From assembly GCA_051294905.1 (NCBI GenBank), contig CM119378.1, forward strand, positions 6,572,001 to 6,636,000: a stretch of DNA of 64,000 nucleotides, in the 5' to 3' direction. The notes beneath the pieces were generated by a model. That model saw only the letters and a list, made by a program, of their open reading frames with translations, was not told the origin of the DNA and did not search any database. Shown one piece after another: positions 1-12,536 of this stretch (positions are counted from its first letter, which is position 1; each line of letters opens with the position of its first letter). Made by a program: the position numbers and the translations under genes. The stretch comes from Botryllus schlosseri. Taxonomy: Eukaryota.

Positions 1-1879
1 ACGTTCGCGTTCTGTGTGTGAACTTCGGAAATTTAGAGGTTCGCGTTCACAACAGAACCTTGTTAGGTTCTGCACTGTGAACCTTTTTCATATATTGCAA
101 TTTTCACTTCATTATAACATATTTAGTTCAAATTTATTGCATTTCAACTGCGAGCCACTCTATCCATGACGCTGGCAGCATTAAAAATCTACGTTAAACG
201 AGTATGCACCTTGACAATCTCAAAAGTTTTACTTGCTTTGTTACAAAAGTTTGTTCGTAATATCCAGCTTTCCTCTAGTGCAGGGGTTCTCAACCCGCGG
301 CCCGCCGACGTTCATTTTGCGGCCCGCGACATCTTTCATTATGAACGCAATTATTACTGACACGGTATTTTTACATATTAATTTAGCTGCTTAGCTCTCT
401 TATCTCTATTTCGTTTAATTAATCATTTCTGATGTGTTCTGGTTTCTTGATATATGTTCGAGTTTAGATTCTTATTGTTTTGAATCTGTAGGCTATTCGG
501 TTGGACTCTGGTTCACGACAATCCCGCTACGTAGTAAATTTTTTAAAGAGTGTTCCACTCACCGCGAATGGTTTGAACAGAAACAAGAGCAAGGAATGGG
601 CAATTTAACGGCGATAACTTGGTTTGTAACTATGCGTGAAACAATGGATTTGCTTTCTCAGATATAAATGGAAGACCGTTGTGTCATACTTGTCGAAGAA
701 CAGTTTTCGTATGTCATAACGTCTGGAGTTCATATCGCTTGATCTTATAAATAACGGGGGACCAGCGAAAAACATCAACTTGACAAAGCTAACCAATGTA
801 ACAAGTGGTGCAGGGGGCCCCGCCATGCAATGAAAGGAGAAGGGTTGATCGGTTTGCTCAGAAATTACCCCCAACGCCAGACTTCTTGTCATTTAACTGA
901 GAGCTCAATGTGATAATGGCTTCTGTTACGAAAACGTTACCGTAATTTTATACTTGCTCTCTTCCTGTTTGAAACACTCTCTTCCTGTTTGAAACAGAGA
1001 GTTCGGTTCTCTGTTGAAAGGGTTTAAAGGGGCATATACCGGCCTGTATACGACTGGTAAATAGGCTACAGTAGCCTAAATTTAATAGTAACTCACAAAT
1101 ACATGGTAATAATGTTTTGCGGCCCGCAGCGTCTTTTGCTGTCAAAATGCGGCCCGCGATACAAGGGAAGTTGAGAACCCCTGCTCTAGTGAATATTTAG
1201 TGACTCTCTGCTGCGAGCTTGACCCGCAATCACACAACATCACGAGCGAAATTCGTAGTTAGCGAATGATGCTTATTCAACCAATCAAGAAGATCGATAT
1301 CGTTTTCTGATGTAAAAATTCGAGGAGGCGTACGGGATCAATCTAGACTTCATATCTTTACTGCATCATTAAAACCAAATCCTTGCGATTGAGGAGTTGG
1401 CTACTGCTGTATAACTTCTTAAGGGGGTAATATCGGTAGCAAGTACAGAAATCCATTTTACACTCTGCTCAATATCAATGTAGCAATACTCAGACACCGA
1501 ATACATTGTCCGGTCTGGTCTAGACCGTTAAGGGGTAAGCGTATATTTCCTGGTAAGTCCTCGTCGAAATTGTTAGCAAAGCGACAGAAGATATTATTGA
1601 TTTTATGGGAGTATTATATCCTTTGATTGTCCCAGTTGATACATTTAGCAACGTTTAAAACGCCATTATGTACTTCAGCATTGTTGCATTATGTGGCCAA
1701 GTCGTCGCTAGGTATCGTGTACATTAATATAGGCTATCACTTCATTGTAAGACAGGGTTGGAATTAGCAATATGACGTCACGTGACGTCATGAGGTTCAC
1801 GTTCGTGTTCACACAGAACCTTTCAAAAAGGTTCGCGTTCACACGAACCTGAACCTTTCAGAGGTTCACACCATCCCTA
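1..1879. mobile_element. Non-autonomous hAT-like element, left end outside the window, right TIR ...GGTTCACACCATCCCTA; hosts a nested Charlie-like element
   Basis: The same GAACC/GGTTCGCGTTCACA subterminal motif clusters occur at 1-90 and 1790-1870. The end reads TAGGGATG in reverse complement, typical of hAT. Confidence 0.6.
281..1183 (+). mobile_element. hAT Charlie/SPIN-like internally deleted element
   Basis: TIR CAGGGGTTCTCAAC / GTTGAGAACCCCTG; perfect 8-bp TSD CTCTAGTG (273-280, 1184-1191); GCGGCCCGC subterminal motifs; remnant FAFSDINGRPLCHTCRRTV (649-705) resembles the zinc-finger N-terminus of SPIN/GTF2IRD2-type transposases. Confidence 0.88.
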
Positions 1880-2881
1880 GTTCATACACTCCCTTTATCA
1901 CAAGCGTGGATAAATGGATACGGTAGTTGTGATTTGTGAACAATCAACATGTATTGCTGCACGCTATGGCTTGGAATCGACGTATATTGTGTCTGAATGG
2001 TTAACGAATGCTACATATCGAAGAGGTCGCATTCTTTCGGCTAGCGAAAAATCAACGTAATTCCTAATTATGTATTTTCTTATGCCATGTACATTCCGTT
2101 CCTCGTCTTATTTCAAACATAGCGGAGTGTATTCGATACTCGATTACGCCTAATAGCTTCATTTCCTACGTCACAGGTGGTCTTTCAGCTAGGTGTATAA
2201 AGATGGCATGAATTTTACACGAAAGTTAAATTTCGCGATTCAAGCGAAAGTCGCATGAACGAATGGGTCTCATTGCAACTCAATCTTTGGCAATTGCTGC
2301 GCGTATTAATCGGCACAAGTTGATTGCTAGCCAGACATATCTCATCCTTATTCCGGCATCGCTAATCTTAAATCGGATTTATTTGTGCCAAATTCAGTCG
2401 CGTTTGTTATTTACGCATTAACCGGGATTAAACCGGTGCGTACACGAAGATTTTTTTCGTGCCATTTTATTCCTGAGTCGCGCAATATATTCTGGCAGCA
2501 ACGCAGCTCATTACAGGTCTTTGGGTTCAACGATCACTGACTCATATGACCCGCGCCATCATCTTATTATGCGAAATTTGTATTTCTGAGATCTATTTGG
2601 CGCGAAGGGTATTTAGGTTCTTTTACTTATTCAACTGAGGCTATGTTACGTACCAAATCTTGATACGTTCAGCGCTACGCAATACCATCAGTTATACGTT
2701 CTAAATACCAGATGGAACAACTCCCCCTGTTCTAAGGTATACTTACCTCTCATTGTACCAATTGTCTACTAGTTGCTGGCGATTATTACCCTTGTCGAGT
2801 GTCAGCCAAAAACATTCGGGTTCGTTTCAATATGACTTCAATTGTACAATGTACAATGTACATGTACTTGTACATGTACAA

Positions 2882-3485
2882 TAGGGTTGTTCAAAAAAAA
2901 CTTTTTTTTCCAAATCTCACTCGCCTAGTGACTAAATCGTCAGGTTGTCCAAGAAAACGATGCACACCAAATTTGACTCAATTCCAACCAGTAAAGGCCG
3001 TGCAATCTTGAATTGAAATTTTTAATTTATTATTAAAAATTAAAAAAAAATTCTCGAATTTTTCTGTCAACCCCAGGGAATTGTTGAGCTGTCTTCGAAG
3101 ACGATGCAAATCAAATTTGAGTCAATTCCGACCAGTAGAAGCAGAACTATTTGAGTTTTTCGTTGATAATCCCCAGATCAAGGATAATCCGAGAATTATC
3201 AACGAAAAACTCGAATAACTCCGCTTCTACAAGTCGGAATTGACTCAAATTTGACTTGCATCGTCTTTGAAGACAGCTCAACAATTTCATGGGGTTGACA
3301 GAAAAATTTGAGAATTTTTAATTTTTATTTTTAATAATAAATTAAAAATTTCAATTCAAGATTGCACGGCCTTTACTGGTTGGAATTGAGTCAAATTTGG
3401 TGTGCATCGTTTTCTTGGACAACCTGACGATTTAGTCACCAGGCGAGTGAGATTTGGAAAAAAAAGTTTTTTTTGAACAACCCTA
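2882..3485. mobile_element. Foldback (near-fully palindromic) hAT-type MITE, copy 1, 604 bp
   Basis: TIR TAGGGTTGTTCAAAAA; ~290-bp inverted arms; 8-bp TSD ATGTACAA (2874-2881, 3486-3493). Confidence 0.92.
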
Positions 3486-6400
3486 ATGTACAATTGTACA
3501 TTGTACATTGTACACTCATTGTAGCGTTATTCAAGTATCGGAATCATGCACATTATTTTCTTGCCGCGTGGCCCATCGTCATCGGTAGGATTTCGAACGG
3601 TAAATTTTGATTGGCTGTATTTGGATTGGAACTGGGGATTGTAACGTAGCTGTGCACTGTGCTAATGTAGTATGTAACTGATTGAAAATCAACATGTTCT
3701 TTCCAATTCTCTGCTAGTTGCTGACGATTACCCCTGACGAGTGTCAGCCGAAAATATTCGGGTTCATTTCAATATGAATATACTATTTAATTGAACATTT
3801 TTCCTGGTAAATCCGACTGTGATACAAGATGTAAACAACATAGGCGGCTGCGACTTTAGCTTCCATCTTCTCGTTAAACACTATGCAATGTTCATGTGCA
3901 ATTCTGAATGCATTTCGTCAGTTTGTTATTCTGGCTCGCATACACACTTTAGAGCAGTGATTCCCAAACTGTGTACCGCGGCAAACTAGTGTGCCGCCAC
4001 GGGTTTTCAGGTATGCCGCTATCCTTTCTGGGATCTGGGAAAAACACTGTATAACATCGAATATCACCCATGCACACAAGCAGATGCGCACAAAAGCGGT
4101 TCCGTTTGCAAAATGCCATCTTATGCTTGGGTAGAACTTGTCTGGAAGACTTGCGAATTCTTATTGTTAAAGACATGTGTGATTAACCGTTGATATCCTC
4201 GTTTGACTGTTCACTTTCAGTAGGGTTCAATCGTACGGGACAGTGTAGTGGCATTATATCGTGATTAGCGACATGCCGACCCATATTTCATTTTGTTTGG
4301 TGTGCTTGTCGAATTAACACGCTCTGCTTCAGCAAGGTAATCTTGATTGATCATTCCTGTAATAACAGGAAAATGGACTGTTCCGCGGCATTACATTTCA
4401 TGCACATGGTCTTTTGTGGAATTGTTGACTGCAGGCTGCAGTCACTTTCACTATCACATTAAAATATTGTTTATGTCCTCTTCGTAATGAATATCCACAT
4501 CACAAGATTACTTTAAACATAGTGTTAATTGCTTATGTCGTTAGCAAACTACTAAAAACAGTTCGTTACGCATGGAGTTGAAAATATTACAATTACTGTG
4601 ATAAAGCTGTGGCTGTAGGTTTCCGGCGTATTCTTAATCAGAATATATCAGTCGATTACTCGCGAAATAAGAATAATTAAAAATTTATATTGTGGTTGGA
4701 TTATTGTGTGTATCGTATGACTTTGGAGTTGGATTATGGTTTAAAGTTGATAACAATGCGTCAATTGGCGGTGGACATCGTGCCCGAGTAACCAACCAGC
4801 TTACATCAAGCTACAGATTCCAGGGTTTTGACTCCTGATTCCTTTTAATAAAATCGGTGAGCGATTCATAACGTTTTTTATTTAAATAAACGTCGTCAGA
4901 GTTTCGGCTGCAATCAATGAATCAAACCATAACTAGGCTGGTATATGTACAATGTACCGCACATGTTTCGACAAAGAAGCATTCATTCATTTGTTTACTG
5001 ATTCCAATGCCTGAGACGAATTTTGGTCAGTAATTTTTGATGATGTAGGCTATTAGACTAGCATTTAGAGGTGCATACTGACCAGCGTCCATGTAAAGTA
5101 GTCTTGCAGCTGTGCTTATATTTGCGAACTCCATGCGTTATCGGTGCATGGTTTGTGATGTCAGGACGTATTCAGTGTGACATCATTCTTGAGTAAATCA
5201 CGAAAAATGCCAATCATCACCTTTCGTAACCCTCTATTTTGAGCAACACTCGGAATGATTTATGGCCGGAGAGCTAAGTAGATCATATAAGACTTTCGGA
5301 TTTAGTCAATAACGAACACTGACTCATCACATCAGACAAAGAATGGTTCTTTTGCGCTAAATGAGATGTTTGGTTAGCCGTTTTCACACCTCGTTAAAAC
5401 TTACTGGGATGGAATCAGTATCATTTCGTAGGAAAACCTCAACTAGTTAGAAGATATTCGCTAACTAGTCAGACCCGGTGACTGGTTGCAATGGGCCACG
5501 ACAGGATGATTAATCGAGCTTCTATCCACCAAATTGTAATTGATCGTTAGGGGATATTTAATCCGCGTCACGTCAGCATATTCTATATTTCACGCGAATG
5601 CTCGCAATGTTCAAGCAAACGATATTGCCATTGACTCACTTGAGTTGCTGTGTGGATGTGGTCATGATATCAAGCAACCTCTGCAGACATTGACTTTGAA
5701 GGCGAAATCCAGTTGAAATTTGAATTTCAAAACATCATATCCACCGGCTGGTATACCGGATTCAGTTTTTACGTTGGTGACGCAATAATAAGTGACGAAA
5801 CAACGACAATTTGTGCACGGCAGCGCATACTTACGGCGTAGGCTTACCTGCTCAAACTTCACATTTCACAAACTTCTGCATTTCGCAGACACTCCAAGAA
5901 GAAATATGCCATTAGACATAAGTTATCATCGTCGTCATATCATTTTTAGTCATTATCACTGTGTTTTGCTAGCCAGAATACACACAATACAGTTACACAC
6001 ACAGCCGCGAGGTGGTAATGACATCGATGTTGAGCAATTGTGGGAGAATTATCGCGATATCATCGACACGTTTTCGAAAATCTGGTGCCAGTGCTCAAGT
6101 ATGAAATTTGCGGCTACAGTAACTCGAAGCGTGAAGACAGAAGAGTTGCGGATAATAATTATTGTATTCTCTCAAATACCAAACAATACAACCTGATCGT
6201 AGGGCAAATTTCAGGTAAGAGGTAATTGTGGAAGGAGTTAAGTGAACAAGACGAGCCAATGGATGCGGATGATTGTCCAGATTTGAGATACTTCGGAACT
6301 TGTAATACCATGATAAGACTGATAACTGAAAACAATAATGCAATTCGAGCGAATTGTGCTTCGCAATTGTTATTTTGGGGATCGCGGTGCTGATTGTCGT

Positions 6401-9400
6401 TTCCCCGTTCGCCACTTTTAAGTGGCGTGATTCACTAACTTTCAATTGCTATCAATTTTGTAATCTGACCCGGGATTGTGGCAATAAATTTTTATTCTCA
6501 AGTCCAGAGTTCTCCGAGAAGGGTGCAGAGCAATTTCGCCTCTATTTTTGTTACATCCTATCAAAATCGGTCCCGTATCTCGCGAAGGATCATAATTGCA
6601 CGCTCCGTCGTATTTATTGTCGCAGTTCGGTGCCTGGCAAAGAAATCCATAGTTTACGGAGTCGGCGAGTATCAGATATCTTCCGTAATTCTCTCGCCGT
6701 AAGAAAAATAAAGCATTCTCTCATCGATGTCGACTCGCCATCTGCCTGCCTATCAACAAGAAATTTCCAGCGTTCCGCCAAGCGTAAAAAAAACAGCTCC
6801 GGGCGCCCGTAAACTCTCAGCATTCGATCAAATTTCGCCGCTACGGGCCTGTTATCTCACAGCCTTATCGAACGCCAGCTTCGCTGCCGCCTTAAATTTC
6901 GCCAGGGGTATGAGTTATCGCACAGGAAAGACGGTAGAAAGTGTTGTGTTGTGGTACAGTTCTTTAAGTATGTATATTGTATATGTACAATATATTATAT
7001 GGTAGTAGTAAAAGTGTAGTAAGCTGCTTATTGAGTTTGTAGACGCAAAGTCTTAGTTTTCAGCGAGGAGTAGACCTAATATTTAATATCTAACTACAAA
7101 GTCAGAGAGCTTCCATAGCATATCTGAGTAAGGAAATCCCCAAATAGCGGTACTGAATGTGGAATAATGCAGTGCTCGTACGATTTTTGTCATATCATAT
7201 GGCATTATTAATGTATAAATTTTCAAGGTAAATTTTGCTAAAATGCTAACCATGAATTTTGATGCATCGTAGAGTCAGTCACTCACAGCCTCAGTTCAGT
7301 TTGATCTTCCCTCATCATTGGTGAAGAGGTGTTTAACATTCCAGTAACTAAATGTTTGTGAGATTCTATCCATTTTGTCTGTATAGTTCGTATACATTTA
7401 GAGCTCTCGTAAATTGATGGAAGCTAAATTCAGTCATTCCGATTCGGTATGCAATGGATTTAATTCCGATTTGTAACTGTCTTTTCTACGCCAATTACTA
7501 TTTAGCACAACCATGGGTCATTAAGCGCTCGTCACGGTCGAGTTTGAATCGCAGCACTGCCGAGCAAAACCTACCGGTTAGTCGGCAAAGTTAGCATGTT
7601 CTGCGTTGTCGTTGTTGAACACGGCGTAAGTCGTTCACAATCAATGTTATGTCTTACGTATGTGCGTTAGAACTGGGTGATGTGCACTCGGCTTTCAGAC
7701 AAAGTGTGATAGCTACCTCTTGAGACAGACATAGGCCGGTTAAATTTTTGCTGAAGGAAATAGTGCGATAATCCGATAATGGCACTCCTTCGCCGTTGTT
7801 TTGCCGTTCGACCTCGTGTAATTCCAACCGCGTATTACGGCGCAGTTGGATTGCTAAAGGCGATGAAAGCTCTTATAATGCCTGACAATGCAAATAGTTT
7901 CAGAATCCGGTAATTGAATAGTACATTCATATAGCATCACCAAATACGATTGTTGATAGACAATGTTATTTCCAATTCTCTACTAGTTGCCCACGATTAC
8001 CCCTGACGAGTGCCACCAGAAAATATCCGGGCATACTTTAATATGGACACACGATACAATATTCAGTATTCAATTGTATATTGGAGTCCTGTACCTCCAA
8101 GAAGCTCTTTAAATTTAGTGAGCAATCAAATTTGTACTGGCACTGATACTGTACACTCGTTGGTTCTTAATTCAGTCTCTGTTGAGTTCCATATTTAGAT
8201 GTCCGCTTATAGACAAAAGGGTTATGTATAGATGTAATCGTTTCTTCATTTTTTGCATATCAAGCCTTTTCTCGGGTATGAGTGTGAATAAAAGCACTGC
8301 TAATATTCATCCCACTGAGTATGCTTGGACCGAAAGCATTCCACGGTATCACTTCTCCAGTGCGAATAGCGACTTAACTGCTTCGCACATTATCCCCCAT
8401 TGTGATAGGCGGTTTGATAAAATAGAGATTTCTTCCCGCTATCAATTATGCGGGAATATCGATGAATCATATTGCGCGGTATCAATGTACCGTTTGGTTA
8501 GTGACTGTTCCACTTTTTACGAAAATATAATGTGCGCCCGTGGCGCGCTCCATCGTTCACTATCGTAAAAGTAGGCCTACATATCTCGTTGCAGATTACA
8601 AATCCTGTTACAAATACTGTTACTCACTCACTACACCTGATTCTGGGATTTTGTTAAGACTTCATTCGCGACAGATCGTTACAATATATCTCGCATGTCC
8701 GAATCGTATTCACTTGATCTATTCGATTTGTGCTCGGGCGATTGAATTCACATAAATCGGTTTCCATCAAATGACAACTGATGCCCAGAATGCTAACGAT
8801 ACGGTGGACTAGCGGGGCTGTATTTTCTTACAACTACCTTTGTATAGATTCGATTACCCTTGCGAACGTTTTGATGACGCCGCCTCTACGTATATGCGAC
8901 AACCATAAATAATCAAGTGAAGCAAACTTTGATTTTTATCTGAAAAGTGTGATTGTTTCTGTGGTGATATCTGTATGCGCTCATTCGTTCTCGTGGCTGC
9001 ACAATGCAAAACGAATCAGTGAAAATTATTGTGTCTTTATCGCACAGCATAACAGAGCATTGAGCAAAACAATGCAATGTTTATGTGTACCCGAACGGTC
9101 GTAATTTGAGTGTACAACGCTGTGTTGTTTCTTCGAAAGATTGGGCGATTGAGAGATCTTTTTTTCGTTTTATTTAGTAGGCTGTTTATTGAACCCTGAT
9201 GTTTTAATAGCCGCCCCTAGAATTATACCTTTCGGCACCGAAAAAATGCTGTGCGCCAAGACTTGTATTGTAGGAGATAAGTCAAATAGTATTGCGAGAA
9301 AGGTATCAGCTCGCTGGCGTTATGCAGTCGCCACAACAAGGAAATATATATTGGTGCCTTGCTCACTTGTTAATTCCAAACTGCACATGGATTCGTGTTT

Positions 9401-12400
9401 GCTGTCTGTGTTGATGGCGTGTCTCCTCGGAATGGATGTAGCTTTAGCGCAAGAATAATGTTCATAAATCGCCCGCGCCTCATTTCGTGACTATTTGCGA
9501 CTGGCCAGGTCCGGGCAATGGAACGCTATCTCTCACAGGAAAAGGCAACTTCTCACGCTTGGAACCCATATCTTGATATTGTAGTAAATATGTACGCCGA
9601 AGTTGTGTATCTACTTTCAACTGTGAAGGTTTGAGTTTGAGTGGATATTGTTGTTTTTTAGGTTAAATTCATCCAAATGTAAATGCAGATATTGTGAGAC
9701 TTGCTTTTCAAACCAAGTCGGTTAGTAATTGTCTTAGCAATACCCGACTAAGTACATATGACTGGTTCTAATTGAACATTCGATTTGCCGAATCTCAACC
9801 AAAACATGGTCTGTTATATCTTGGGCGTGTGCGTGACGACTGCTTTATTATGGTTAGCTAATTGGCTGTCCCATAAATTTGAAGTTTGGATTGGTGTCGG
9901 TTCAAAATAATCCTGTATAGTTGCTGGAGACGATGTTTTGTTTTTATTGTAAACATTGCTAAGTCGATCGCAGTAAAGACATGGTTTCCGAGTCTATATC
10001 ACAAAATTGATATTTTCACCAACAACCGAAACGAACTGTGTTGCGTAGACTTTGTAGACAATGTAGATTGTAGAGTTATCCAAGCGGCATTTGAAACTAA
10101 GATCTTCTTCAGATTCGTTGATACCATCTTACCACAACACGGTAAAATATTGTCTGGCATAGCTTGAATTGCTATTGTATACCATACTTGAAGTTCACGC
10201 AGCTCATAACCATTACGTGTTCATGTTCATCGGTAATTTGCGTTGCTCATCTTTACATTTGTAGTTTGAAAGGCGCTGTTCCATAAATCATCGTTATACG
10301 AGTATTCGATGAGGCACTTTCGCACCATTTCTTGCAATCTAAGCTATCCGTTGCTTTCAACACTATGCGTGAACCCTGGTAATTAAATTCCCGGGTAAAG
10401 ATTTCAGTTGGCAGTGAGTCATTATGGTTTGTGCTGCACTTTTCGGCGCGTCGTTTCGGAGTCGGATTTTTGTCACGGACTGTGAGAATCCGCTGACAAA
10501 TACTCGAAAGGGGAGATGATACCGCTGACGTATGGTATCGCGCAATTTGCCGCAAAAATGCATATGCCGAGAGTTGATAATGGCGTAAATATTTAGTTGG
10601 GTCACCAGAAGTAAACTGCACTCAGCACAACTTACGGCCGTACTCCTTATTCCAACTCTTCTCGTGGATGGTATATACGGCACTTACTGAACGGTCGCGG
10701 TTGACTTGCATTACATCTTGTACCACCTGGTACTAATTTCAGATTAGGATTTTGCACGGGCCTATTTTCATTTACCCATCTCAAGCGTAAATCTTCGGCC
10801 TTTGGCCTGTATCGTTCGTTAAGTTGTGGTTCATAAAAGCATGTAGCTTTTTTTTCTATCTGCATTGAATGTCGTACATTCTGGCGGCGTAAGTTTGCAA
10901 AGAGAATAGTTACTTGACTGGCTCCAATCATTAGCAGCTGTTGGCTTTGTAATTATAGTTTCGTAACAATGAATACGTCTAATGAGGTAGTAAGGTAGCA
11001 GATCAGTTGGCCTATCGGGCTACCGCCAAAAGGCAATGTATTTAACAACAATAATCACCTGTTATAATCTCGCTCGCTAGTATTATAGCGACATGCGAAA
11101 TCGGTAGGATTTAGCTTCGCTGTCAGAATAGGATTACATTCGGTGCGATACGTAACAATACGTAACAACAACGAAAATACTACAACCTTATCTGTCGTCT
11201 TTCCTATCCGAAACGCGACACCGGTTTTTGGGGTGAAATTGATAACACAAAATTAGTTTCGCGAGCGCGTCACCGAAAGCACGCACCTGTCCATCGTACG
11301 ACAGGAAAGTTCCAAATCGTCAAAAGCGTGAATCGATTCGAGTGCGCGAGCGATTGCCGTGTCTGTAAACGGATGAAGTCGATTGTTCAAATGTTTGCTT
11401 ACTCGATAGCATCCGACAAAGTTTGTATATTCTTGAAACCCAGATCCAGTACCCAAGTTGAAGATGTTTGAAACTATGTTGTCAACTCGTGTCGCTAGCA
11501 ACTCCATTGCTTCGCCTTGTATTCCATACTACGTAGAACGCAATGAGGCCATGCGAGATAGGAACGGTGCAGTGAGGACTTTCCAGAAGTGATGTCCGTT
11601 TGACATTCAGAGAAATTTGTCTTTATGTCAAGAAGCTGTAACTTCAGTTAAATACAGCATACAGCTTGTTGCGTGTGGGTGTATCTATCATAATTATTTC
11701 AGTAACCTTTCCACGTTGAATCGATACAGTTTGTGTAGGGTAGGATCGGGGCCTACGATACTTGATTTGATACTTGAATATCGTAGGCCCCCGTAGGATA
11801 TTTTTCCGTTGGGACAATGTATCTCAGATGATGCTGTTGTTATTGAGTTGTAATTGCATAGCTACATTGTTCAATCAATTTCAGCAATCACTCGGCACAC
11901 CCGCGTCCAGCCGTCCATGTTGGAGAAGTTATATTGATTCGTCGATGGTTCAAGATCCTTCCCCCAACCTTATGCATATCCCTTATTGTTATTGTTATTA
12001 TGTGCTATTCGACACGCTACTAACACTTGTATTTGATGACTTTGAGCATGCGAATGGTATATTTGGCGGCGTAACCATTACTCGTTGGGTTGCAATATGC
12101 ATGTAATATGACTGCCAACTCGTAGTTTCTGTAAATTCAACCATGACCGATCGGTTTAGATATGGAAAGTCATAAATACCTCGAGAGTAACGTGTCCCCG
12201 TAAAGAACAACTTAAACCTAGGCATAACACGTGGGAAAGATGAGATTCCATTTATGGATCGGGGTCGCTCGAATTTACGCCATCAGTCAAGTTGCGGACC
12301 CGACAATGACATCTCCCTTTACATATTTTACATATTTTATCCTTTTCAATTTACAGGTCCAATGCGCACGGTTAAATACTTGTCGATGATTTGAATAGTG

Positions 12401-12454
12401 GCCGTTTGTGAGCGCCAAGCGCATTTTTTGTGATACAGCACCAGCGGGAAGAAA

Positions 12455-12536
12455 ATGAACAGTATGCAAACTGGATTTGATGCAAGAACAATTATTATTT
12501 TCACCCTCGGGATCTATGCAATCGTTCACAGCCAAG
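12455..12536 (+). CDS. CDON/BOC: CDON/BOC first coding exon, putative signal peptide MNSMQTGFDARTIIIFTLGIYAIVHSQ
   Basis: Acceptor tttacag at 12356, ATG at 12455, hydrophobic stretch, phase-1 donor G|gtaaag that matches the next exon. Confidence 0.75.

Noticed and set aside
6354-6812. 152-aa ORF with a hydrophobic, signal-peptide-like N-terminus
   Set aside because: It starts at GTG, has no recognisable domain or splice partner, and lies just after a likely donor site.
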